Assembly: GCA_036170915.1 (NCBI GenBank)
Contig: JAVHQC010000020.1
Location: 1 to 64,000 of the forward strand
Direction of reading: 5' to 3'
DNA from: Cyanobacteria bacterium auto_48_18
Lineage (GTDB): Bacteria > Cyanobacteriota > Vampirovibrionia > Obscuribacterales > Obscuribacteraceae
Length of the DNA stretch: 64,000 nt
In this document: positions 20,149 to 31,114 of the stretch, piece after piece
Numbering within the stretch: position 1 is the stretch's first letter
How the letters are laid out: each line of letters starts with the position of its first letter
The notes under the pieces: model-generated
Told to the model about the DNA's origin: nothing
The model's database searches: none
What the model saw: only the letters and a program-made list of their open reading frames with translations
Position numbers and translations under genes: made by a program

Positions 20149-20439
20149 CTAAAAGGATTTTTTTCGCAATTCGAAGTTTTTAACCGATTCGAGTACAAAG
20201 TTTTCGAACGTGGGTGCAATTACTTCTTTAACCCAAATTTTTTCTTTAAGATAAATTGACACTTTTCTGTCGACATAGTGTGCCGGCGGTAGCGCTGTTA
20301 CATAGCCTGGAGTGTTGTAGTCTCCAGATTCTATTCCATCGTCAAATTCAAAGGTGCTGACGAACTTTTGGAGAATTTGGTTTTTTTCACTAGTCATAAG
20401 TAATTCGCGGTGAGTGATTTTTACGCCTATGTTATTCAA
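20149..20439 (-). CDS. Small hypothetical protein downstream of the Fic gene
   Basis: AT-rich 96-aa ORF; its TTG start overlaps the Fic stop; alternative ATG at 20397. Confidence 0.4.
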   Translation of the reverse strand: MNNIGVKITHRELLMTSEKNQILQKFVSTFEFDDGIESGDYNTPGYVTALPPAHYVDRKVSIYLKEKIWVKEVIAPTFENFVLESVKNFELRKKSF

Positions 20440-21547
20440 CTAGAGAATAGCTTGTGCTTCTTCCCCCAGCAGCATCCTTTTTTAGAATGCCGCGTTCTAC
20501 AAGCTCGGATATATCACGATGAGCAGTATCTTGAGAGCATTTAGCTAGCTTTGCCCATTTTGATGACGTTAGCTTGCCTTCAAATTTATCAAGCAGAATG
20601 TTTAGCACTTTGCTCTGGCGTTCGTTTAGTGCTACCTGTGCAAAAGAGCTCCAGAAGTGCGCTCTTTTTAGTACCGCTGTTTGAATGGAGTGTGCACCTT
20701 CTATGGCTCGTCCCAAGCAGGCGATATACCATTCCAACCATCTTGTAATATCGCTTGACCCTTTTTGGGTTTGTTCGAGAATTTCGTAATATGCTTTTCG
20801 CTCGGTTCTAATTTGCGCTGACATACTATAGAACCGCTGGTTTGTTTTTTCAGAGCGAGCAAGGGCAAGATCTGCTATGGCTCTTGCAATTCTGCCATTT
20901 CCGTCGTCAAATGGATGTATGGTGACAAACCAGAGGTGTGCAATTCCTGATTTAAGGACCGGATCTATTTCGCGGCTATTCTCAAACCATTCCAGAAATG
21001 AAATCATTTCTTTTTCTAGTGACTCCGCCGGCGGTGCCTGAAAATGAACTCGCTCCTTGCCGATTGCACCTGATACAACCTGAATTGGCTGATTGCCTTT
21101 GCGCCACCGTCCAACATCGATTTGAAACATCCCGCTCCAGCCTGTGGGGAAAAGCGATGCGTGCCAGCCAAAGAGCCTGGGGGCAGTCAGGGGTTTATCA
21201 AAATTTTGCGTAGCATCAAGTAGCATTTCCACGACTCCATCAATCTGACGATCAGCTGGTTTGAGTGCAGCAATTTCTACACCTAAGCGCCTGGCTAAAG
21301 AAGACCGAACCAATTCGGCATTTAGAATTTCGCCTTCTATTTCGCTAGTTGTTAAAACGTCTTGGGTAAGTGTGTCGAGGTTGACCTCCTGCCTTAAAGG
21401 AAAGCCAAGTGATTCCATGCGACCTATGAGGCGTCCTTGTTCGTGTCGAACTGCTGCCAGCGGCTCTGTAACTGAGTCGGCCCAGGTAAAGTTGGTCCAA
21501 TTTTTTCGTTGGTAGATGTACAAAATAGCTAAATCTCCGCAGATCAT
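20432..21547 (-). CDS. Fic family protein (DUF4172 + Fic + C-terminal wHTH); true start probably the TTG at 21523
   Basis: YIYQRKNWTNFTW N-terminus; TSEIEG inhibitory motif; canonical HPFDDGNGRIAR; C-terminal CSQDTAHRDISELVERGIL HTH. Confidence 0.93.
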   Translation of the reverse strand: MICGDLAILYIYQRKNWTNFTWADSVTEPLAAVRHEQGRLIGRMESLGFPLRQEVNLDTLTQDVLTTSEIEGEILNAELVRSSLARRLGVEIAALKPADRQIDGVVEMLLDATQNFDKPLTAPRLFGWHASLFPTGWSGMFQIDVGRWRKGNQPIQVVSGAIGKERVHFQAPPAESLEKEMISFLEWFENSREIDPVLKSGIAHLWFVTIHPFDDGNGRIARAIADLALARSEKTNQRFYSMSAQIRTERKAYYEILEQTQKGSSDITRWLEWYIACLGRAIEGAHSIQTAVLKRAHFWSSFAQVALNERQSKVLNILLDKFEGKLTSSKWAKLAKCSQDTAHRDISELVERGILKKDAAGGRSTSYSLVE

Positions 21548-21575
21548 GCGGAGATTAGACCTTTTATTCTCCGCA
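21532..21575. promoter_or_regulatory. Perfect 10-bp inverted repeat plus an extra half-site upstream of the Fic gene (candidate operator)
   Basis: AATCTCCGCA-gatca-TGCGGAGATT at 21532-21556; ATTCTCCGCA at 21566-21575. Confidence 0.55.
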
Positions 21576-21592
21576 AACTGATAACCTAGTTG

Positions 21593-22390
21593 TTAGCTAG
21601 GTATGACCTGATCGCCGACGGTCAGTTCGCCAAAAGTTTGTGGAATAGCATTCTGGCCAAACATAATTTTTCCGCCTTCTTTGCGGAAGAAAGACAATGT
21701 GCGCAGAGGTTCAAGAGAAGACTCGGCGGTGTCTTGATCAATTGTAGTAATCAGACAACGTGCGCAAGGCTTAACAACGCTCAATTTAACGTCGCCGATA
21801 GCAATTTCGGTCCATGAATCTTCAGCAAAAGCTTCGGCACCGCCTATGGTGATATTGGGGCGAAAGCGATTCATGGGTACTGGATATTCAAGTTTTCGAT
21901 TTAACTCATTCAAAGACTCGTCGGCAATAATCAGTACAGGGAAGTCGTCAGCAAATCGGACAATGTTGTCAGGTTTTGCGTAACGCTGGTCTACCAAGCG
22001 TTTGAAGCCATTGGCCATGCGCACCAGGCGCACCTTTTTCTCTAAAAACTGCGAAAGCAGTTTGGCCGCTTCTTCGCCTTGATCGATAGCCTGACAATAA
22101 TCTTTCCAGACTTTCACTGTCACTTCTTCTCTGTCTGAGCCTGAGTCTAGAGGTACTTGAACACTATCACCCAGCGGCATGGTTAAGCGCAAATGATCGT
22201 CTTCCAGGGCTGTTTGAATTAATGCCAGAGGTGCCAGTTCTCTTTGTGTGAGGAAGTTACCATTGCTGTCTACTACCATCCATTCACGATCAAACTTAAA
22301 ACCTCTTGGTTCAAGCTTGGCACTGTGTAACGAGATACCAGCAAGGCTTTTGACCGGATAGATATGAATTGAAGTAATGGAAAAATTCAT
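21593..22390 (-). CDS. MOSC domain protein (YcbX/mARC-like)
   Basis: IYPVKSLAG, DREWMVVD, FADDFP, RFRPNI, KPCARC and FGQN motifs. Confidence 0.93.
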   Translation of the reverse strand: MNFSITSIHIYPVKSLAGISLHSAKLEPRGFKFDREWMVVDSNGNFLTQRELAPLALIQTALEDDHLRLTMPLGDSVQVPLDSGSDREEVTVKVWKDYCQAIDQGEEAAKLLSQFLEKKVRLVRMANGFKRLVDQRYAKPDNIVRFADDFPVLIIADESLNELNRKLEYPVPMNRFRPNITIGGAEAFAEDSWTEIAIGDVKLSVVKPCARCLITTIDQDTAESSLEPLRTLSFFRKEGGKIMFGQNAIPQTFGELTVGDQVIPS

Positions 22391-23649
22391 TATTCTGCTT
22401 CTCTTGTCTGCTGCTTGTTATCGCTAGATTCAGGCTCTTGAAATTCTTGTTCCAGTGCATCTTTGTCAGTGCTGTAAATAATTGATTGAGCAATAACTGA
22501 ATGTTCAGTCAATTTATTTGCTTCTGCCAACTGTTTTCGATCAGCCAATTTTATTTGAAGAGCCGCATCTGGTGCTGCAATTGCCTGTGACAGCATTAGT
22601 CTTGTCTGATTGCGATCGCTAATAGCTGCATTGACGCGCAATAAATATGCCCAGCGCAGCATGGGAATGATAACAAATAAAAGACCATACGATAACAGTA
22701 TGTCTACTTGAAATTGATAAATACGCACCAGTCGATGCACAGTAAAGGCCAGCCAGAGCGTGCCAAGAAAATTAAAGCAAGCGAGGCCAATCACGGGGTT
22801 CATTTCATCTTTAGTCAGTGTCGAAAATGGCTGCGCGGCCTCTTGCAGATATTCGGGGAAAGCAGTTTCCGATTCGGTTTGATTTTCAGCGCTAACTTGA
22901 AGTGCAGGAAAAACGTAGACAATAGATCCGCGCTCGCTGACTTCCGGTTTGCCATCAAAGCGAATTAATACAGGGAAGACCGAGTCTTCATCAACAGAAA
23001 AAATACCTTTAAAGGTATTTTTTTTACAAGCGAACAGGTAAGGTGCTAACTGTTCGCTTGTCACCACACCGTCGTTGTTGCGAATCAAGCGGGCAATCAG
23101 CTGCCATTGCTTTTCTTCGATGCCAGCATTGGCATCACCGTCACCGAATAAAACTGAGAAGCAATTGAGAAAGAAATTTTTTCTTGTGGATGATTTACCG
23201 GTGCCCCAGAAGAGCAGATCATGAAACACTTTCAGGTCGATAGCTAGGTCTCTTCTGTTGCTCGATTTGTTTGACGTAATTGACGTCATAAACATAAACG
23301 ACATGATTACGCAGACCACAACGGTGAGCGAAATCAGCAAGAGCAAACCGAATGATATTTTGAAGACAAAAAATAGAACAGTGGCCAGGCGGTTTAGAAT
23401 GTATTGAAGCCAGGCTTTGACACCAGTAGCAAGATAGACATTTTGAAAACCGCTGCTGAATCTATAGGCAATGTCGCCCAGGTTAGAGACTTCTAGATGA
23501 CCACCTACTTCTGAAGCAATCAAATTTAGATACTTGTTGCTGTCAGAAAGAGACAATCCGGTTTTAGCCGCAACGTCGGCCGCCGTCACCCTGCAGCCAA
23601 GGTCGTTAATGGCACGAATGGTCTTCTGTTTTTCTTCTTTTCCCTTCAC
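22390..23649 (-). CDS. Conserved membrane protein of the cyanobacterial/plastid At5g03900-like family
   Basis: RVTAADVAAKTGL…LIASEVGGHLEVSNLGDIAYRF, FSVLFGDGDAN, GVVTSEQLAPYL and RFDGKPEVSERGSIVYVFPALQ; TM segments; TAATG-coupled to the MOSC gene. Confidence 0.75.
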   Translation of the reverse strand: MKGKEEKQKTIRAINDLGCRVTAADVAAKTGLSLSDSNKYLNLIASEVGGHLEVSNLGDIAYRFSSGFQNVYLATGVKAWLQYILNRLATVLFFVFKISFGLLLLISLTVVVCVIMSFMFMTSITSNKSSNRRDLAIDLKVFHDLLFWGTGKSSTRKNFFLNCFSVLFGDGDANAGIEEKQWQLIARLIRNNDGVVTSEQLAPYLFACKKNTFKGIFSVDEDSVFPVLIRFDGKPEVSERGSIVYVFPALQVSAENQTESETAFPEYLQEAAQPFSTLTKDEMNPVIGLACFNFLGTLWLAFTVHRLVRIYQFQVDILLSYGLLFVIIPMLRWAYLLRVNAAISDRNQTRLMLSQAIAAPDAALQIKLADRKQLAEANKLTEHSVIAQSIIYSTDKDALEQEFQEPESSDNKQQTREAE

Positions 23650-23658
23650 TGCACTGCT

Positions 23659-25542
23659 CTAATGTCTGCTCAGTGCTTGGGCCGCTTGAATGATGGCGAG
23701 AATGGCGCAAATAAGCGACTCGCCTGCTACGGCGCCGGAGGCCATTGGCACCACATATAGTTCGGCGCTTTTCTTTTCAATCAGTCTCCAAACACTTCCT
23801 AGCAGTGCACCGCAGAAGAAGCCAAACGCATTGCTAAAAGGCATTACCCACGATAAACCCAGACCCATAGCCGAGGGCACATAGGGCTTATATTTTTTGC
23901 TGGCGAATTTATCAAGTAATGCCAGAGCAATTCCTAAGAACCCCGCGATCAGCATACCCCAGCGCGCTGATTCGGGAATGGTATCAATTCCCTGGCTAAG
24001 TGCAATGGCTACCGATTTCCAGACGTTCACCGTGGGCGGTTCAAACTTTTCCAGGGCTGCTTTATTTGGAACCATGAGATACCAGGCTGGTACTACCGCC
24101 GCCAGGCCAAAGAACACTCCAGAAAGCTGCGCTAAAAATTGTTTGCGAGCGTTGGCTCCGAGCAAATAGCCGCTTTTCAGATCTGTAAGTAAATCGGCAG
24201 AGCTGGACGCAATGTTAGCTGTCACTGAAGCCGCCATCAAATTGGTGACAATATTTTTTGGTGCCATCACTGCTACTGTTATTTGCGTAATTTTGCACAT
24301 GGCACTCATCGGTGTCACATCTGTTTCACCGGTGGCGCGACATGCAATTAAACCGAGAATGAAACTCAGGCAGACTGTGGTAAAGCCTACGAGAGGCGAA
24401 ATCGAGAAGGCAAGATATTGCAAAGTTACGCTGGCAATTGCTAATGGCACAACGCCTATCACCAGCCATTTAAGCGGTACTTCAATTTCAGCCAGCGGGT
24501 CGACTTCCACTATGTCGCTACCTGGTTTTTTTACTTTGACGATGTTCAGAGATCGCAAAATGGTTTTCCATTCAAGCGCAAAAGCGGTCAGGCCGCTTGT
24601 CACCATAATGGCTGAGCCACTCCAGAGGGCCCATCCCTTTATCACGGCGCTAGGTTGATCAATGATGTGGGCGTTCAAAACTTGCGGACCGAAATAGAAA
24701 TAGAGAGCTAGTGAACCTATCAGCATTGATAAACAAACACGCATGCCAATTAACATACCGGCGCCAATGTAAAGTAAACTTGGCGCCCAGCCGAAGCCTG
24801 GCAGTTCCTTTAGGCTGACACCGAAACTCGTTGTATCAAACTTAAATAGATCAGGAACCTTCAAATTGTTGCGAATTAGCCAGGGAAATTCTCCGTTGAC
24901 GAAAAAACCAACTACAGCTCCTGCCACCAGGGCTGCCACCAGTGAATAGGCCTGCTTTATGGCTTCTTTTGAGTGTGCGTGCAGACTTCGTAAAGTTTCA
25001 GCCGCAGCTATGCCACTAGGAAAAGGCAGTTGTTCCACATTGATCATTTGTCTTTTCATTGGCACTGCTAGAAACACACCTAGTAATGCTGAGACTGCCG
25101 TCCAGGGTAAAACCGTGGTCCAGGGCGTATGTTCGCCGGTAATGAGTAACAGCGCGCCAAATGCCAGGCCCACAGTGGCTCCGGTAGAGTAGCCCGCTGC
25201 TGATGCTGTGGACTGCATGCAATTATTTTCTAAAATGGACATGTCTGAAACTTTTGGTGCCACCACTCGCACCAGTCGCCAGATCACAAAAGAAAGCACG
25301 CAAGCTGTAATTGCTACACCAAATGCCCAACCTACTTTTAGCATTGTGTAGAGGTTGGAGATGGAAAGCAGCATGCCCAGAATGCCGCCCATCAAGACTG
25401 CTCGCCAGGTTAGCTGGGGCACGTGGTCACCTTGATAGACCGTACGCAGCCAAACTTGATCGGTGGTCTCGCCGGGCAGCTCTTCTACAACAGTGCTGCC
25501 TGAGGCAAGTGGGCCAATATTGTCATCTGCTTCTTCTGGCAT
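23659..25542 (-). CDS. OPT family oligopeptide / metal-chelate transporter
   Basis: QLTWRA, LENNCMQSTASA, LPFPSGIAAA, GETDVTP, DLKSGYLLG and ASGAVAGES motifs; many TM helices. Confidence 0.93.
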   Translation of the reverse strand: MPEEADDNIGPLASGSTVVEELPGETTDQVWLRTVYQGDHVPQLTWRAVLMGGILGMLLSISNLYTMLKVGWAFGVAITACVLSFVIWRLVRVVAPKVSDMSILENNCMQSTASAAGYSTGATVGLAFGALLLITGEHTPWTTVLPWTAVSALLGVFLAVPMKRQMINVEQLPFPSGIAAAETLRSLHAHSKEAIKQAYSLVAALVAGAVVGFFVNGEFPWLIRNNLKVPDLFKFDTTSFGVSLKELPGFGWAPSLLYIGAGMLIGMRVCLSMLIGSLALYFYFGPQVLNAHIIDQPSAVIKGWALWSGSAIMVTSGLTAFALEWKTILRSLNIVKVKKPGSDIVEVDPLAEIEVPLKWLVIGVVPLAIASVTLQYLAFSISPLVGFTTVCLSFILGLIACRATGETDVTPMSAMCKITQITVAVMAPKNIVTNLMAASVTANIASSSADLLTDLKSGYLLGANARKQFLAQLSGVFFGLAAVVPAWYLMVPNKAALEKFEPPTVNVWKSVAIALSQGIDTIPESARWGMLIAGFLGIALALLDKFASKKYKPYVPSAMGLGLSWVMPFSNAFGFFCGALLGSVWRLIEKKSAELYVVPMASGAVAGESLICAILAIIQAAQALSRH

Positions 25543-25569
25543 ATTCTCCCAGCAATTTTGGCTTTTGGT

Positions 25570-26838
<1,269 letters not shown>

Positions 26839-26886
26839 TTATGCCCCCTATTGGATCTTAATTCGATCCTACATAGGTTAGCACCT

Positions 26887-27501
26887 TTAATAGGTGAAGC
26901 TGCCCACGGCCATAGGCTGGTGTGCTTGTCCGCGGAACAGGTAAGAAGCCTGGTGAGCGGCTTGCTCGATGGTTGTGGCTTTGCCCTGTTTCATTGTTTC
27001 TACTTGCAAGCGTACAAACTCAATTCGAGCTGCCGCTGGCATGGCCGGTACTCTAATTACCCGTACTTTGCGCGATGAATAGCAATGTTCGAGAATGACG
27101 CTAATTTCTTTGGTGAATTTGAGACTTTCGTTCTGTCTGATTTCATTAGATTCAAAGAAATCTAGAGGCTCAATCAAAAAGGCCACGTCATACTGAGAAG
27201 CGTCTAGATTGCCGAAGGCTGAGGGCACTGGCAATTTGTCGTGCAGATAATAGGCTTCGCCATCGAATAGTCCGCGATCGAGAATCACGGTCTGATCAAA
27301 ATCTAGAATGGACGCTTCGGCTGATAGCTGTCTTTTTAAAACTTCGGCTTGAAACTTTTGGCGGTCTACCCAGGGCAAAAATTTGCCTTCTTTGATAATT
27401 TGGGTAGCCTTCTCTTCGACTATTCGATACCCTAACTGACCCAGGCCATTGACGATTGTGGTTTTACCAACTGACGGTCCACCTGTGATCACTACTTTCA
27501 T
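26887..27501 (-). CDS. NadR/Ttd14-type AAA_28 P-loop NTPase or kinase
   Basis: VVITGGPSVGKTT Walker A and LDRG motif. Confidence 0.8.
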   Translation of the reverse strand: MKVVITGGPSVGKTTIVNGLGQLGYRIVEEKATQIIKEGKFLPWVDRQKFQAEVLKRQLSAEASILDFDQTVILDRGLFDGEAYYLHDKLPVPSAFGNLDASQYDVAFLIEPLDFFESNEIRQNESLKFTKEISVILEHCYSSRKVRVIRVPAMPAAARIEFVRLQVETMKQGKATTIEQAAHQASYLFRGQAHQPMAVGSFTY

Positions 27502-27637
27502 GATGAGCGCTCGCTGTTAGGGATTTCCAGGTTATTGAACCTCTATAGATTGGACTGTATGTTTTTTTTCAGCACTATACAAGGTGGGAAATCTCATTTT
27601 GGTGGGAGGATTCCCCCTGATTGCCTTTAAGCATTTC

Positions 27638-28828
27638 TCAATCAGTGCTTGTGCCTAGCAGCGCCTGAATTTCAGGCATCGCGGCTTTTGCGCTTTTAGC
27701 GCCGGCTTCTACCGCTTTGCGGGCGTCGGCAAAGTTGGTAGATAGAATGGATATCTCTTTGGTCTGAGGCTGAATAACGAGATTTGCTTTGGCAATTGCG
27801 CCTTTGTCCACTTCTGTGAGAAAAATGTTGAGTGCCCTTTTGCTCACACTGCCGATGCGCCTGAAAGTTTTGGCATTGGTGCGTTCAAAGACCGGGTTTA
27901 CGTTGACGGCAATCACTACAGTGTCTTCGCCTAGTTCTCGCGCCACTATCCGGGCTTCTTCCACTGGTAAATTGGCTTGCAATCCGCCATCGACCAGTAG
28001 CGCCATTGAGTCGCTGCCATCTTTTATTTTGGTATTGCCAGGGCAGTCTTTGTCAAAAGGCACCGGTCGCCGCAATGCTGGTATGGCTGAGCTGGCCTGA
28101 ATCGCGCGGCCGATGTCGCCTGTGCGTACAGTATATGGTTGAGCATTGAGCAAATCGCAGCAGACTGCGCCAAATTTTATGGGCAAATTTTCTATATCTT
28201 TGTTTTCTAGTGGCACGTGCGCATCTATATACTTTCTGAAGCGATTGCCGCGATAGAGGCCATCATAAGGATGGTAGCCCACAAGATGCGGTAAGAAGAA
28301 TATTGGAACGGCAATGATGCGCACGGCAATGGGCACAGTCAGGTAAGAGCGCAGAAACGATTTATTGAGGAGAATAGACTCAAGCTGATCAGCTGCTACC
28401 CCAGAACAGTAAAGGCCACCGACGATGGCACCGACGCTGGTGCCGACGATGGCATCAATTTTGATGTTATTTTCGGCCAGCACCTTTAGTACGCCAATAT
28501 GTGCAGCACCGCGGGTGCCACCACCTCCTAGTGCAAGCACCAGTTTCTTGCGTTTGGGCTGTTGAGCTTGCTGCACATTTGTGGTGGGTTCAGATGCATT
28601 CTGCGCTAGAGCGGCGAGATTCGCAGGTGCCCACAAGGCAGCGGCCACAGCCACTGCTGCAGAAATGCCGATTTTGATTTTTTTGCCCTTGCCTAGAAGG
28701 GTAATTGGAGCCTGTGTCATAGCTTCTATAATTGACAGAATTTGCGAAGGCAAAGCCAAAAAATTGACTTTTGTAACCGGTATTAAGGTCATATATTCGG
28801 CTGATCGAATATTAACGAAGTCAAACAA
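27638..28828 (-). CDS. Patatin-like phospholipase with N-terminal export or anchor sequence (start probably the ATG at 28720)
   Basis: GGGGTRG, GTSVG (catalytic Ser), ASSAIP and DGG motifs. Confidence 0.9.
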   Translation of the reverse strand: MFDFVNIRSAEYMTLIPVTKVNFLALPSQILSIIEAMTQAPITLLGKGKKIKIGISAAVAVAAALWAPANLAALAQNASEPTTNVQQAQQPKRKKLVLALGGGGTRGAAHIGVLKVLAENNIKIDAIVGTSVGAIVGGLYCSGVAADQLESILLNKSFLRSYLTVPIAVRIIAVPIFFLPHLVGYHPYDGLYRGNRFRKYIDAHVPLENKDIENLPIKFGAVCCDLLNAQPYTVRTGDIGRAIQASSAIPALRRPVPFDKDCPGNTKIKDGSDSMALLVDGGLQANLPVEEARIVARELGEDTVVIAVNVNPVFERTNAKTFRRIGSVSKRALNIFLTEVDKGAIAKANLVIQPQTKEISILSTNFADARKAVEAGAKSAKAAMPEIQALLGTSTD

Positions 28829-28989
28829 TCACCGCTGTGGCGGCAAGGGCCTGCATTTCCAGCAACAATCAGCCTTTAGTATGAGAGGTTGCCAACGTGC
28901 GATCATGCTATAAATAAAGGACTTTGCAAGGTGCACAGGGGTGCATTCAGCTCGACTGAAAAAATTCTCCTGGCTGGCGGGCATTTATT

Positions 28990-29922
28990 ATGGGGGCTCT
29001 CAACTTGGATTTTTCTGCCTGGAACACTCCAACAACTTGGTTGACTTTCGCTGCGTGGTTTACAGTCAGTTATTGCTATCTGTCAATGGGCATCACCGGC
29101 GGCTATCACCGTTTGTTGACGCACAAATCGTACAGAGTACCTAACTGGCTCAAGTATTTCATCGTCTCCGGTGGCTATCTAGCACTGATGGGCGCTCCGG
29201 TTTCGTGGGTAGCGGTTCACCGTCTTCACCACCAGAAATCTGATCAACCTGGAGATCCTCACTCGCCTCGCGACGGTTTCGAACATGCTCTTTATAAGTG
29301 GATGTTCGACATGGAGGAGCGTCAACCGATTGAAGAAATTAGAAAGCAAGTACCAGACCTTCTGGAAGACAAATGGCTCTGTATGCTGGGTGTCGACCAT
29401 TCCGCCAAACAAGCGCAACTATGTCTGTGGGTCAACATTGCTGTTCGAGTTCTGATTTTGATAGCTTTTGGACCTGTGGCATTCACAGCTAACTTGATCG
29501 CTTCGATCATGGTTTTCTGGAGTCCGCAATTCGTCAATACTTTCTGCCATCTTGAAAATTGGGGTTACCGCACTTACGAAGTGCGTGATGGTAGCCGCAA
29601 TGTGCCTTGGGTTGGCATCATGGCTATGGGCGAAGGCTGGCACAATAATCACCATGCTTTCCCTAAATCAGCCAGACACGGAATCAAATGGTATGAGCTT
29701 GACTGTACCTGGATGATGATTTCTTTCCTTGAAAAAGTCGGCCTGGCCACAGAAGTAATTCGACCGACAGTTGTTTCAGCTGAAGTGATCGCTAAAGCAA
29801 AAGAAGCTCAGGCAGCTAAGGCTGCGGCTGCTTCTAATGCTGGGGTTCAGACCACTTCTGACAGTGCAGAGCTGGTGAATTCGGCGGTGGAAGCTCCGGA
29901 ACCTGAGCTAGTAAAAAGCTAA
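28990..29922 (+). CDS. Delta-9-type acyl-CoA/acyl-lipid desaturase
   Basis: Three His boxes HRLLTH, HRLHH and HNNHH; DPHSP and GEGW motifs. Confidence 0.93.
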   Translation: MGALNLDFSAWNTPTTWLTFAAWFTVSYCYLSMGITGGYHRLLTHKSYRVPNWLKYFIVSGGYLALMGAPVSWVAVHRLHHQKSDQPGDPHSPRDGFEHALYKWMFDMEERQPIEEIRKQVPDLLEDKWLCMLGVDHSAKQAQLCLWVNIAVRVLILIAFGPVAFTANLIASIMVFWSPQFVNTFCHLENWGYRTYEVRDGSRNVPWVGIMAMGEGWHNNHHAFPKSARHGIKWYELDCTWMMISFLEKVGLATEVIRPTVVSAEVIAKAKEAQAAKAAAASNAGVQTTSDSAELVNSAVEAPEPELVKS

Positions 29923-29969
29923 GCTAATGCTTTAAGCAGCAGTAGTCTAAGTTCTTAATCGTAATTTGC

Positions 29970-30008
29970 AAGCGCGTCTCTATTACTTGAGGCGCGCTTC
30001 GAATTTTA
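29970..30008 (+). terminator. Probable terminator hairpin after the desaturase
   Basis: AAGCGCGTCTC…GAGGCGCGCTT 11-bp stem with a weak T tail. Confidence 0.55.
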
Positions 30009-30055
30009 ATAATATACTAGCGGTTGAGTTACCAATTTGAACAGGTGTCAAACCC

Positions 30056-30403
30056 ATGAGACTTTTATCGGCTTTATCTATTTTGGCTGCTGCTGTGATC
30101 TGCTTGGGCGCGTCTGCCAACCTCACTGTGCTGGCGAAAACCTGGACAATTATGGAACGTCAGGAAGCGCTGATGCAAGAGGTTAACGAGGGTCAAAAAG
30201 GCAAAGAGCTGACAGTTAAAGAAGCGAAGAAGTTGCGCAAAGATCTGGCCAACTTGGCCAAGAAGAAAGCGAAAATGAAAGCCAAGTCAGAAGAAACTTT
30301 GACTAAAGAAAATAAGTTAGAGTTAGAAGGCGACCTCAATAGCATAAGTGTTGAAATTAAAAAGCTGAAACTGGAAAAACGTGCTGAGGCTCCTGCCAAA
30401 TAG
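30056..30403 (+). CDS. Small exported Lys/Glu-rich helical protein
   Basis: Signal peptide; KELTVKEAKKLRKDL and LTKENKLELEGDL helical-hairpin motifs. Confidence 0.75.
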   Translation: MRLLSALSILAAAVICLGASANLTVLAKTWTIMERQEALMQEVNEGQKGKELTVKEAKKLRKDLANLAKKKAKMKAKSEETLTKENKLELEGDLNSISVEIKKLKLEKRAEAPAK

Positions 30404-30423
30404 GCACTATATATAGTGCCTGC

Positions 30424-31086
30424 CTACCATAAGCCCGGCAGCAATCGATATCGCACTTTTTCAGCATACTCAGGGTAACCCGGCAGTTTAAGCCTCAAGG
30501 TGCGCTCTTCTAGAACGATGCGTACTGCCAGAAGTGCAATCAGTGCTGGCAAAAAGCAAAGACCAACTTGTGAGCCTAATATCAGCGGCGCCGCAACGAA
30601 AAAGCAAAGTGTACCAACATACATTGGATGGCGTACATAGCTATAAGGACCTGAGCTGATCACTTTGTGTTCGCGCTCTAACTGCAGCCGCACGATGGGA
30701 GCGGCAAAAGTGTTTTCGCGGAAGACGCGATAGACAATATAACCGCACGTGGCCAGCAGCAGCACACCCACAACCTGTAACCACAATGGCAATTGATGAT
30801 GCCGCCAGCGCCCGGCGTCAAGCGCCATCATGGTGAACCAGGCTGTGGTTAAAGCCGTGCCCAGAGCCATAAGAATTTTGTCCCAGCCCTCCTGTTGAGC
30901 TTGCACCACTGGCAGTAGTCTTTCTACTAATAGATTGCGATCGTATCTGTCGAGCCAGATACCTAAAAGCATGCAGATGACATAAAATTCGCCCAGGAAG
31001 ACCCAAGCTGCCGGCCAGAAAACCCGCCCGGCAAGGCCCAACATAAAGGCCGTAAGAATGGCGAAGAAAACGGTGGTGACCAGCAC
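30424..31086 (-). CDS. Isoprenylcysteine carboxyl methyltransferase (ICMT/PEMT) family membrane protein
   Basis: RENTF, GPYSYVRHPMY, EERTL and YRLLPGLW motifs; start uncertain. Confidence 0.88.
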   Translation of the reverse strand: MLVTTVFFAILTAFMLGLAGRVFWPAAWVFLGEFYVICMLLGIWLDRYDRNLLVERLLPVVQAQQEGWDKILMALGTALTTAWFTMMALDAGRWRHHQLPLWLQVVGVLLLATCGYIVYRVFRENTFAAPIVRLQLEREHKVISSGPYSYVRHPMYVGTLCFFVAAPLILGSQVGLCFLPALIALLAVRIVLEERTLRLKLPGYPEYAEKVRYRLLPGLW

Positions 31087-31114
31087 CAGGCGTAAAATCA
31101 GAGAATTAGTTTTC

